A stretch of 64,000 nucleotides of DNA from Raillietiella orientalis (taxonomy: Eukaryota), in the NCBI GenBank assembly GCA_036172245.1, contig JAYWIR010000008.1, positions 1,674,001-1,738,000 on the forward strand, given 5' to 3'. How positions within the stretch are numbered: position 1 is the first letter of the stretch; each line of letters starts with the position of its first letter. Positions 1 to 10,957 of this stretch are shown in pieces. The position numbers and the translations under genes were made by a program. The notes beneath the pieces are model-generated. The model ran no database searches. It was not told where the DNA came from and saw nothing but the letters and a program-made list of their open reading frames with translations.

Positions 1-68
1 ATTTAAAATGTATTAATTTTCATAATTTTCCACGGAAAACTTTCCGCGCAGCACACGTTCGGCGGGCA

Positions 69-1432
69 GTCCATGGGCCGATGTTCGGCGGAAGACGGGT
101 GCTCGGTGGAGTGTCCATGGGCCGATGTTCGGCGGAACACGGGTGCTCGGTGGAGTGTCCATGGGCCGATGTTCGGCGGAAGACGGGTGCTCGGTGGAGT
201 GTCCATGGGCCGATGTTCGGCGGAAGACGGGTGCTCGGTGGAGTGTCCATGGGCCGATGTTCGGCGGAAGACGGGTGCTCGGTGGAGTGTCCATGGGCCG
301 ATGTTCGGCGGAAGACGGGTGCTCGGTGGAGTGTCCATGGGCCGATGTTCGGCGGAAGACGGGTGCTCGGTGGAGTGTCCATGGGTAGATTTTCGGCGGA
401 AGACGGGTGCTCGGTGGAGTGTCCATGGGTAGATGTTCGGCGGAAGACGGGTGCTCGGTGGCGTGTCCATGGGCCGATGTTCGGCGGAAGACGGGTGCTC
501 GGTGGAGTGTCCATGGGTCGATGTTTGGCGGAAGACGGGTGCTCGGTGGCGTGTCCATGGGTCGATGTTTGGCGGAAGACGGGTGCTCGGTGGAGTGTCC
601 ATGGGTAGATGTTTGGCGGAAGACGGGTGCTCGGTGGAGTGTCCATGGGCCGATGTTCGGCGGAAGACGGGTGCTCGGTGGAGTGTCCATGGGTAGATTT
701 TCGGCGGAAGACGGGTGCTCGGTGGAGTGTCCATGGGTAGATGTTCGGCGGAAGACGGGTGCTCGGTGGCGTGTCCATGGGCCGATGTTCGGCGGAAGAC
801 GGGTGCTCGGTGGAGTGTCCATGGGTCGATGTTTGGCGGAAGACGGGTGCTCGGTGGAGTGTCCATGGGTAGATGTTTGGCGGAAGACGGGTGCTCGGTG
901 GCGTGTCCATGGGTCGATGTTCGGCGGAAGACGGGTGCTCGGTGGAGTGTCCATGGGTAGATGTTTGGCGGAAGACGGGTGCTCGGTGGAGTGTCCATGG
1001 GCCGATGTTCGGCGGAAGACGGGTGCTCGGTGGAGTGTCCATGGGTCGATGTTTGGCGGAAGACGGGTGCTCGGTGGAGTGTCCATGGGTCGATGTTTGG
1101 CGGAAGACGGGTGCTCGGTGGAGTGTCCATGGGTCGATGTTCGGCGGAAGACGGGTGCTCGGTGGAGTGTCCATGGGTAGATGTTTGGCGGAAGACGGGT
1201 GCTCGGTGGAGTGTCCATGGGCCGATGTTCGGCGGAAGACGGGTGCTCGGTGGAGTGTCCATGGGTCGATGTTTGGCGAAAGACGGGTGCTCGGTGGAGT
1301 GTCCATGGGTCGATGTTTGGCGGAAGACGGGTGCTCGGTGGAGTGTCCATGGGTCGATGTTCGGCGGAAGACGGGTGCTCGGTGGAGTGTCCATGGGTCG
1401 ATGTTCGGCGGAACACGGGTGTTCGGCGGACA
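69..1432. repeat. 44-bp tandem repeat array (minisatellite/satellite), ~31 copies; consensus GTCCATGGGCCGATGTTCGGCGGAAGACGGGTGCTCGGTGGAGT
   Basis: GTCCATGGG recurs exactly every 44 bp from 69 to 1389 with no spacers. Variants are confined to a few sites: CCG/TCG/TAG after CCATGGG, TTCGG/TTTGG, ATG/ATT, GGAGT/GGCGT and AAGAC/AACAC. The last copy is degenerate. Confidence 0.99.
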
Positions 1433-3246
1433 TGGTTCGGGGAACGCTGTTCTGGACTCACGATAGACCAAAACAGAATTCAACGTGAGTTTGCGAATTA
1501 TGCATTGTTTTTTTTGTTCTGGACAGATGAGAATAAAGAGGAAAGGAAAAACAGCTGTTTCGTTGCCGTAGCACAAAATTGAAAGTTTTTTAGCCGCAGC
1601 GTCGCACGGGTCGGACTGACCACACCATGCGAGGACAGCCGCCATTTTTTCTTCGTCGTGTTATGCACCAGTCTACTGGAGGTTCGTGCTTGTTTCAGCG
1701 ACATCGGGGTTTCCTTTTCGTTTGGCGCATCCAAAGATGACACAGCAAAATCGTCCTGCCACGCCCTGGTTTCATGCAAGACTGCTGCTCTGTAAGAACT
1801 GTTGCTTCTGCTACAAGCTGCACACGTACAAAATCCGAAGAATCTCATGATCTGCAAAGGTCAACGAAACCACAGTGCCTGCTTCAGCGGCTGCACGCTG
1901 AAGGCTGAACGCTTTGGACGGAACACACATCTAATCTCGCCGTGCATAATGCAAGATTACTCGGTGCATCCATCGACCACGGAGGACAAATCAGACACGA
2001 AAAACGTTCGCCTCTAGAAAATAGAAGTTTCGCATGGATATTTGGAGATGTTTCCCGGAAGATCCCGAACAGTTTTTTTGCGAGACGCGGGAGGTCAAAA
2101 CGACACTGGCAGAGCAGAAGAATGGCAAGGCAATCTGTGGGCTGCTTCGCCCCCGCCGCTGATCGCGTTTCGTCTTTCGGTTTGCTCTGACGGTTCCGAT
2201 GAGGTCAGCATTCCTGGAGAGCGCCCACCCGGAATCCCCCCTGAGTGGGTAGCAGCGGAGTGTGTCACGTAAAAAAAAAAAGCATCCATTGTTCATCTCG
2301 GGTCTCCGGTCCTCGAGCGAGGCCCATTCAAGTGACCGTCGTGTCTCGATCTGCCTTGGCCCCGTTCGCGGAGGAACCAGCCCCATCCGGACGGGCCATC
2401 GGATTGATGACTTTCCTTCCGAGCTGCCAACGACGAAACGGTGAGGATTCCTCATAGATCGATCTCATCATCGTATTGTGATGCATTGGTCCATGGAACG
2501 CTGCGTTCACGGTGTATCATGCGTACCGCATGGAAAGTGGAGAGGACCTTGGATGAGTTCAGAGACGAAAAGCACCCTAAAGGGCGAGGAGCAGAGTAGC
2601 AACTCCTTGCCGGCGCTTCTCCCTTTACGTGCCAGACCAGGCATCTTACTCCGAGGAGTGTTCACTTTTGCCCACAGTGTCCATCCGCTTACATTTTTCG
2701 TGTTTTTCCCATCGGTCAGTATGGCCTTGGCGCTTTGAGAACCGGTGAAATCCTGGTCACCTCAAGGACAATCAGAGGGAGAGAGAGAAAAAAAAATCAA
2801 ACCTTCATAGTCAGCGGCCCGAAATTTGCTTTGAAGTTTTTCAGGACCGCGCGAGCGTTTGCACGGAAACCTGCATGTGAAACTCGGAGAGAAAAATTCT
2901 TCGTCCACCGAAAACAGCTTGCTGTTGGCGTGGCTTTGAGGATTTGGCATGCGAAGCCAGCTGGGAGTCTTTGGCTGCGCTCATCGGCTTCCGGACCGTT
3001 CTATGGCCTGCTTCCCACTTCTATCCCTGGGCAGAGAAGGTTTCGTTCGGCTCGTTTTGCGCATACACACGAGGTGTGCGGCTTCCGCCATGCACGCTCA
3101 GGGAGGAACACTTCTCCCAGTAGGGGAGACTCCTCGTTCTCTTAGACGCCTGCTTGGAGCCTTGTCTTTCCTTGATGTCCAGCATAATCTTGGAATTTAT
3201 TCCGGCGGCCGGCCCTCTCTCCTGATCCCGTTACCCGCAGAATTCG

Positions 3247-3978
3247 GTGAGTTGGGATGGTGAGTCTTCCGTCTGTCTTCATTCTTTCCGTGCATGCGCG
3301 TGGACCAGAGCATTGCAAATTGCCACTGCACGTTCGAACAGCGATGACCTACGAGCGGACCGGAGTTCTTCCGCCCCTCTTATTGTTTTCAACTGGGAGA
3401 GGATGGATGTCTTCTCGCCCCATCCTCCATGGGAAACTTCGGTTTCTTGCGCGGCATCCAGTAGCTCACGAAGAGCAGTACAAGAAATCGAGTACGCGGA
3501 AGTGCAACGCGCAGGCAGCACAGTGGCACGGTGGCGTTGGTTGGGCACGGACGTCGGCGTGCCATCGCCGTCGCCACCGGGCGCAGTTTTCCTCGCAGAT
3601 TTCACAGAAATCGATCCAGAAGGCAGCACGCCGTGCCAGGTTGTCCGTAGCCTTCTGCCGCGCCAGCAGGCGCAAATGGAAAAGGCTTTCCGTGCTGGAA
3701 CACCTAGTTCGGAGTCCCCGGAGCCGCAACCTGACAAATCTTTCTGGTATATCCATGGGCACTCTGGTCGCAGCCACGGCCTTTCCTGCTGGGAGTCTTG
3801 TCACTTGGCCGTGCAGGCCGCTCCAGACGCACGCATTCGAATGGTTTCCGTCCCGCGCTCTTCCTTGTGCGGCGTGCGATCCCTCAGAAGCTTCTGCGCC
3901 CGAAGGGAATGCTTCGAGGTTGATCTCTTCCCAGCAGACAATGAGCTCCTGCAGCCGCAAGCATTCTCTCAATCTTGA
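3247..3978 (+). CDS. possible hypothetical protein or exon (243-aa ORF), no recognisable domain
   Basis: Uninterrupted ORF with fairly protein-like composition. It overlaps other ORFs of similar length and no family is recognised. Confidence 0.12.
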   Translation: MSWDGESSVCLHSFRACAWTRALQIATARSNSDDLRADRSSSAPLIVFNWERMDVFSPHPPWETSVSCAASSSSRRAVQEIEYAEVQRAGSTVARWRWLGTDVGVPSPSPPGAVFLADFTEIDPEGSTPCQVVRSLLPRQQAQMEKAFRAGTPSSESPEPQPDKSFWYIHGHSGRSHGLSCWESCHLAVQAAPDARIRMVSVPRSSLCGVRSLRSFCARRECFEVDLFPADNELLQPQAFSQS

Positions 3979-4344
3979 GGAAACGAAACTTTGCTTCTGT
4001 AGCTCTTCCGCCTTTCGCGCAGCAAGGCAAGAACCTCGGAATTGCAGCTTCCGCAACGGTCTGCACCTTGGAGCGTGCGCCCCGCCCGCTCCAAGGTGCT
4101 CACAAAGCGTTCAAGAGGCGGTTCGGTGCTTGGCATGCAGCTGCTCCCGTTGCTTGTAGACACGATTTTGAAGTACGGAATCTGTTCGCGGGCACACGGG
4201 ACCCCCTTGGCTTTGCAGTGCAGCCAATCTCCATGAACAGGTCAAACAGGTCTATGGACAGCAGACCGTTCCTTTGCTTTTGTCGAAACTTTTATAAGAC
4301 TGAAGAGCCCGATTCTTTTTCGACAATTTTCTTTTTTTGAGTTT

Positions 4345-4369
4345 TGTGTGTGCGTGTGTGTGTGCGCGC
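4345..4369. repeat. imperfect (TG)n/(CG)n microsatellite
   Basis: TGTGTGTGCGTGTGTGTGTGCGCGC. Confidence 0.85.
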
Positions 4370-4529
4370 CGCGTGTTTACACTCCATACCCCTATCCATG
4401 CCGAGAAGATTCGTCTTTTCTGCGCTGAGGTCTCATGAGACCTTCCTTGCTACTGCGGTGGTCCCTCACGCTCATCCGGCGTTTCCCAAGAGCGAAAGTA
4501 CATGAAATTCCATGTGCATCGTCTGCAGC

Positions 4530-4985
4530 TTGGGCATTCCGCAGCACAGTGCCGCGATTCTGCGCTAGATGACTCGCGCTGGCGACCCGCCCCGGAGTAC
4601 CAACCCACCGTCTCCAACGCACGCCTGTCGGCGAACGGCTCCCGGAGGACGATTCGATGTCCTCCCGTCCACTCGAAAGGAGCGCTTGGTGGCAGGAAGT
4701 GGGCCATCCTGGTGAGGCTGCGCCTGAACCGGGGGGCGGAGAGGAGGGTTCTCCAAAAACGGCGGAAAGAAGGGGAGGTCACTTGCCGGACCACGGGCTC
4801 ACCTCGAGCCCGCCGCTCCGTGAAAGGCGAGGTGGCGGGTCCCTCTTCTTGGAATCCCACGAGCGAGTTTCGGGATGCCCTTTCTCTGAGCGCACCGTCA
4901 TCCCGCTGCTGGAGCACGGAGTCTTCCTCAGGTACCGAGAGAAGCCTCTGGGTCTCCTCAGCAGGGAGTGCTCCCACGGAATGGT
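4530..4985 (+). repeat. dispersed repeat family A, longest copy
   Basis: 4544-4670 matches the reverse complement of 9728-9853. The left part (from 4530) matches the reverse complement of 8443-8519 with a gap. About 4630-4985 matches 28942-29285 directly (e.g. AAGTGGGCCATCCTGGTGAG, GAGTTTCGRGATGCCC, GTACCGAGA). Confidence 0.88.
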
Positions 4986-5080
4986 CCCGCTGCGGGACTG
5001 GGATAAGCCTATCGAGCGTGTCTCTGGGAGGCATCTGGTGGCGGTAGGGGTCGACTCGCATGGCGGGTGACGCTTGAATT

Positions 5081-5129
5081 CCTGAGGGCGCCATCATCCT
5101 TCCTCTTCCCCCTCGATGGCGCCATCAGG
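5081..5129. other. hairpin, 15-bp stem (14/15), 19-nt loop
   Basis: CCTGAGGGCGCCATC-N19-GATGGCGCCATCAGG. Confidence 0.8.
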
Positions 5130-8100
5130 GCATGTTCGGACGAAGGTTCTCCCATCTCACCGGACGCCACGGGAGAGTGTCAGCAGCTGTTTACAAAGAG
5201 AAAGAAGGGCTCGACAGCCGTCCCAAGAGGACGTCCTCATGCGGGGTGAGACTGAACGTCCCAAGATAAGATGTGAGGTCAATGCGAGGCAGTCTCGGGA
5301 CCACCGCGCGCATGTCCCTATCCGACCCAGGCCTGTGGGGCCCGGTCGTTCCACCCCCTACTTTCTCATGCGCCCGCTGACCCTTCCCACAGCACAGTTC
5401 GGTCCCTTCCGTGTCGGTTTCGCCCGCAGCATTCTGCTCGGCCTTCGTGATGCCAGCAGTCGCTTCCTCGGCTGCCATGGTACCTGCTGATACAGATCTC
5501 GGAGGCTGGATGTTCTTTCCTCCTCTCAGGCTCGCACTGCAACTCATGCAAATTTTCAAAATGGACATCGCGTGATGGGAAAAGCGGCGGGATTGGGACA
5601 GGCCGGCAACACGGTTACTATGTGAATCCAAGAGGAATAAAAGGGAGGAGGAAAAAAGGGGAGATAAAAAAAAAACAGGAAGGGGCGGGGGGAGGGGAGG
5701 GCGGATGCGGACCTCTAGGAGAAGAGATCGAAGCAGATGGACGCGGAATGCCAAGTTTTGGTTCCGGATGGAGGGAGCAGGCGTTCCGGGACTTTCGATC
5801 GAAGGATTCGTCGGGAAAGCCAGCCGCTACCGGACTGGAGAACCCAAGCGGAAGGCGCTCCTCCCCGCGCTCTTCCTCCCGCTCCTGCCCTTTCGTCCTG
5901 TGAGCTGGGGACTCCGGGGGGCACTCGCGGGAACTTCCTCCTCTTCCTCTTGCGCACATCTGACGGAAGCGAAAGGTCGCTCCGGCCGCGCGTGCATCTC
6001 CCCCGTGCCTTGAGGCTCGCCAGGGAGCGATCGATTCGGGGAAGGCCGAGATGGGGAAGGAGGAAGGATTTTCTTTCCCCCTCCCCGAATCCCGGATCCT
6101 TCCTTCCCGACTGATCTCTGAATTAGGCGCCAACAACAATATGACCACCCGCATCCGATGCTCCGCTCTTTAGCAACGGGGCAACTACCGGGCCACGATT
6201 CCCGCCATCTTGCTTTCCTTATAGGACATACTGTTGGCTGTCTCTCACCGTTCCCGGTGATTCGAGATGCGCGCCCGGTGCATGTCCTGTAGTGCTGAAC
6301 CGTGAGATCCTCCGTTTCCTCTCCTCTACCTCCGAGTGGAACCCCCCACCCCACCTACGAGCGCCGCTTCGCCGTTGTCCGGTTCGCAGGCTTTCAGAGA
6401 TCCACCCACCGGTGCTCTCAGTGGAAGCGGTCGCTCCCCCGGCGGCGGCAGGGAGCGTGACGGTTTTCAGTGCTTGGAGCTTCAAGCTCTTCTTCCAGTG
6501 CCGCCTCCGGGTCCCCATGTTTGGATGACTCGTTCTGGAGCATCAGCTCGTATTCGTGGCTCCACCACTTCTGAATGGGAGCAACCAGCTTCCGCTTCCC
6601 CTGTGTCACTTCCTTGGAGAGCTGGACTATGTGATCCTGCCTCCTGAGGATGAAAGTCCCTTAAAGGGTATCGCGTGCCGGGCACTCCTGTGAGTACCGG
6701 GGGATCTGCTTTGAGGCAGCACGCCGAAAGCGGAGAGCCACCGACAACTTCTAGTGGAAGCCCATCTCTGGATCTCCTGCCGTCCATCGAACTTTAACGC
6801 CGGGAGGCAGGAGGCTATTGAATCCTGAGCTACATTCCAGGGAATGCTCTCTGAAGATCTTCACTCCCTGCTACATCTGTTGCCCCGACCTCTGGAACTG
6901 GTGAAGCAGGACGCGGTGAAGTTTTCGGCCCTGACCGCCACACCCGTCTCCGAAGCGCTGCCTGCCCTCAGGGCAAGAGATGACAGTAGTCAATCGGCGA
7001 GGTGGGAGTTTCCCTGCACCGTCGCGGGAAAAACAAAAACTCCTTGGTGCCTGGAAGACGCGTGAGTTGGTGGATGCTGCCACTCTGCGTTCTGTGGCGA
7101 AAGGACTCCTTCGGTGGGGAGAACTTTTGAGTGCTGCCTCCGAAGAACTTGTGGTCCCTCTCAATTGTGTGGACGGTCCGTTGTTTCCCCTCGACTGAAA
7201 GCAGGCCGTATTGCTCTCCTTCATCCACTGAGGATTCCAGTGTAATGAGAGATGGCATCGAGTTTCCGCAGGGGTTGCATCTCCGAACTGTGTGTCAGGT
7301 GCGGGTCGACGGAGTCAATCCCACACATGCTTCTGGACTGCGGTGTTTTCCAGGAACTGTGGTGGAGGCTGGCAACAGCATTCCTGCACCAGGAGGGCAC
7401 CGCCTGAGACGTGCTGCGGCTGTTCTTCTCACTGAGAGGACTCTCGACTGGCTCGGTGATCGCAACCATAGGTTGCATTCGCGCCATCGTCACAGTCCGA
7501 CATGTGCTGGAGACTACTGCACAGCGGAGGGAGGTCACCAGGATAGCAGCCATCTACATCAGGACAGCTGCAAGGTGGCCTCACCTGGAAGAGGAACCCA
7601 AGATCACCGGCATCCATCGCTGGTTGATGGGCGGTTTGGAATGGCGGACCCGGTGATCCTTGCGGTCTTCCTCCTTTTATTATTATTATTGTTTTTCATT
7701 TTCCCTGCCTCCATTCCGCTCCGTAACTTTCCTAATGTTTTTTGTTTTTATCCCGGTGCATACGAAGCGAAACCAAAGATCCCTTTCCCACCCATTTTGT
7801 TTTTTTTTTTTGTTGCCCTCTTGTACCTCCCCGTGAATGCTTCTCTGTTGTCTCGGTCTGAGTGCCGGTGGACCCTCCCCTTTGTTTATTGTAATCGTCG
7901 GTTGGGAGCAAGTTTCCCAACTGGTTTATTTTTATAAAATAAACACCCCGGAGTGACCGGATGAAAAACTTCTAGAGTGCAGGATGTGGCTGGACCCACG
8001 ATGCTGTGCGGCGCAGGCACCGCCTGCGCGCTTTTCGGGGAAGAGGCAGTCCCTCTCCCTCCAGCAAGATCGAACGACATCCTGCTACAGCGCTTCGATC

Positions 8101-8384
8101 CCCTCGTTCTCCCGTCGAAACGTCTTCACACAGCTTCACGTGCTCCCATGAAGCGGCAGTAGCTACTGAGACATCATTACCTGCATCATCATCATCTTCG
8201 TCTTCACTTGCGCAGCCATGACTACATCCCGGGATACTCAGACACACTCACTGGACCACGTTTGCGTCGTTCACAGCATCGCCAAGCGGAGCTCACGAGG
8301 AAGAAGGAACCTCACGATGCTGACACTTGAAAAGAAGGATTGTTCCCCTCCCCCCTCCCCCCAGACGTCTCCAGGAATACGAGG

Positions 8385-8424
8385 AAGTGCCCCCGGTAAG
8401 GTTTCATCCTTGCCGGGGGCACTT
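8385..8424. other. hairpin, 17-bp stem (16/17, one G-T), 6-nt loop
   Basis: AAGTGCCCCCGGTAAGG-TTTCAT-CCTTGCCGGGGGCACTT. Confidence 0.9.
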
Positions 8425-8442
8425 ACCTGCATGGTCGACAGT

Positions 8443-8519
8443 GGTGCGTGTTGAGGATGGTGGTCGCGCGGGCGAGTCATCTAGCGGAGAATCGTGACCC
8501 TGCGCTGCAGAGTGCCCAA
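8443..8519 (-). repeat. family A partial copy (inverted relative to the 4530 copy)
   Basis: GCGAGTCATCTAGCGGAGAATCGTGACCCTGCGCTGCAGAGTGCCCAA versus the reverse complement of 4530-4577, GCGAGTCATCTAGCGCAGAATCGCGGCACTGTGCTGCGGAATGCCCAA. Confidence 0.85.
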
Positions 8520-9727
8520 CTCTCACGCCGCAGCGTGATGCAGCGATTCAGCCGCAGGCGATAAACTGCCTGCTGCTGATCAAAGCAAAATCGGATGTTT
8601 TTTTTTCTTCCTGGAATATTCTCATGGCAGCAATCAAATTTTCATCCCTCTTGCCCGATGATGGCTTTTCGATGGATATTTTCCGCCGGGCATCCATCGG
8701 GCTTTTCCTTCCGAGGAAACGAAAGGTCGGGAGGACGGGTTTCTTTCAATGGGAGTTCCGCGACGGCTTCCTGTGGGACGCGCCACGTGAAGAAGGAAGC
8801 GGCGACTTCCCGCGCATCCTCCTGGGCTGCTTCCGAGGGAGCGAAGCTTTTCCGGAAGCCCCTCGTCTCTTCGAAGACCACGCCCAGTCCACTCTCCCCG
8901 CAGGCCACGCCCGAACCGCACCTCCTTTTGCAAACATCCGCTGGAAGGAGCGCGAATCGCGTCCTCCTTCCCTTCCTTCCTCCCCTCCGTCGGCATCTGT
9001 AGGAAGCGCGACCCTGGCTTTTTCTACGCCCTCCTGAAATGCACCGTTCTCTTCCGAACTCCCTGGGGAACTTGCGCCTCCATCAGCTGCTCTTTGGATC
9101 GCAGCATCTCGAAACCAAGGCATTAGCCCAAGGGGACGCTTCTAGTGCCACTCCTTCGAGCGGACCTCATGCCGTTTCCAGGAAGCTCGAAGGACGAGGG
9201 TGTCGGCTTCCTGCCGACACCCGCGAGATCAGCGTCCTCCTCGGAAGGTGGCGGCCACAGGAACCGCGCGAGGGCAGTTGCCAGCAATCGCTTTCCCGTC
9301 TTGAAGGGAAGGGCCGCGGCAAGCGCAGCAGGCGGGAGAGTGGGGAGCGTCGAGTGCGCGTGCGCCGTTCGGAAAAGCGACCTATCGAGCTTTGCGCCTC
9401 CTTGCCCTGACCCCATCCGCCCGCCACGGAGATTGCTTCCGCAGAAGCGATCTCGACTCGCCATCCAGTCAACTTGAGAACCATCCAGCGAGCTTTGCCC
9501 CGCGTGCTCCTCCAGCCAAGGGAGACGGGACTGCTCCCCGCGACGGTCGTGCGTCTCTACCACCAGCGCCCCCCTTCTCCGCGGGGCCACCCTAAGACCA
9601 ACCAACGCGGGCGCGCTTACCCGGCAGACTCCTCGCCACTACGCCGGGAGACACGAACAACACGAGCCGAGTCCTTCCTGCGGGAGACGCCCTCCGCCTC
9701 GGACAGACGGGAGCGATCCGTGAGCGC

Positions 9728-9853
9728 GGACGGGCTCTAGCTACTCGTCCTCCGGGAGTCGTTCGCAGGCAGGTGCGCGTTGGGGACGGTGGGTTGATAC
9801 ACCGGGGTGGGCCGCCAGCGCGAGTCATCTAGCGGAGAGTCGTGACACTGTGC
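9728..9853 (-). repeat. family A partial copy (inverted relative to the 4530 copy)
   Basis: TCGTCCTCCGGGAGTCGTTCGC...GACGGTGGGTTG...CGCCAGCGCGAGTCATCTAGCG...CACTGTGC aligns at roughly 80% to the reverse complement of 4544-4670. Confidence 0.9.
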
Positions 9854-9860
9854 GAACGGT

Positions 9861-10235
9861 TCACCGGTAACGGCGCCGATCCCTCAGTTCAAGCAGGTCG
9901 TGGTGCAGGCGAAACCCATCATCTGCTTTCCACGAATTTCTGTCAAAAGGAGAGCCTCCCCAAAATGCTAAACGAAATTCGCTGAGCCTCCATCTTAGGG
10001 AATAAGTTTCTCTTTTTTTTCTTTCGTGTCTATTGTGAGAGTTGACGGGATAGTTGTTTTTGATGACAGTAAGATCGATCACTGCTAGCAAAATGAGATC
10101 ATTATTCCTCTAAAAATTGAATTCCTCGGGCATTTTGTAGGTGTCATGGAGGATTTTGCACAGACGTAGAATGTTTACGTGTAGATTCCGGTAGGTGAAA
10201 AGAACAAGGGAAAAACTCCGACAGTGAGAGCGCAT
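9861..10235 (-). pseudogene. possible decayed coding fragment of unknown family
   Basis: Lower-GC segment with one frame reading MRSHCRSFSLVLFTYRNLHVNILRLCKILHDTYKMPEEFNF*RNNDLILLAVIDL...DLLELRDRRRYR, with a single internal TAG. Support is composition only; no homology is recognised. Confidence 0.2.
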
Positions 10236-10957
10236 GGCTTTTCTTGGGAAGCTACGGTTCGTATCTGCAGTCTCTTATTCCTTGCGCTTCGTAGAGGAAT
10301 GATTTCATCTCATATTACATAGCCATTCGGAGAAAAGACAGAAACGAAAACAAGCAGCATGGGAATGATGGCTATGGATATTCATAACCGCTGAGGAGAT
10401 CAGGAAGCCACAAGCGGCTCGAAGAGACGCATGATGACAGCGATTCATCTCGCACTGCTGATTTCCAAGCAAGCGAAGACTCCTATCATCCGCAGGCAAA
10501 TTCCGAACGCTTCCTTTTTGGTGAACTCACGTCCCACATTTCCTTGGGCTGGCATATTTTCGCGTTTACGAACGGGAAGCTCACATTCTTCCAGACGAAG
10601 AATGGAACATCTCGTCGGATCATCTTCCGGAAGATTGCTTTGATTAGCCAGCCTTGCCAGGATCGTTTTGATCGCGCGTGTCCCCTGATTTCTTAGGGAA
10701 AAACACCAACAAGTGCATATCAGAACACCGTGTCAGTCCCTCGCTTCTCTGAGGAAATGGCAGAGACCGGGAAACCCTCATTCCCTGCTTACCCTCGAGC
10801 GAGGGAAACCTTCGAGCGATCAGGGAGACTTCACTTCCCCTCGCACGAGGAGGGGACTCACGCCCTCGGTACACGCAGGACACCTCAGGAGGCCCCGTCC
10901 GGAAGCGCACGACATCCTCTCAGGGGCCGTGCAGTCCAGCGCGACTCCTGCCGACGA

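Noticed and set aside
69..1432. CRISPR array
   Set aside because: The units are head-to-tail with no unique spacers, and no cas genes are present.
3..1645. Three long minus-strand ORFs (476-541 aa) and many plus-strand ORFs over the array
   Set aside because: These are artefacts of a 44-bp unit that lacks minus-strand stop codons; all three frames give the same cycling peptide.
8385..8484. Helitron 3' end (hairpin plus CTAG)
   Set aside because: The hairpin is ~55 nt from the CTAG rather than ~10, the CTAG is followed by C rather than T, and homology between copies continues past it.
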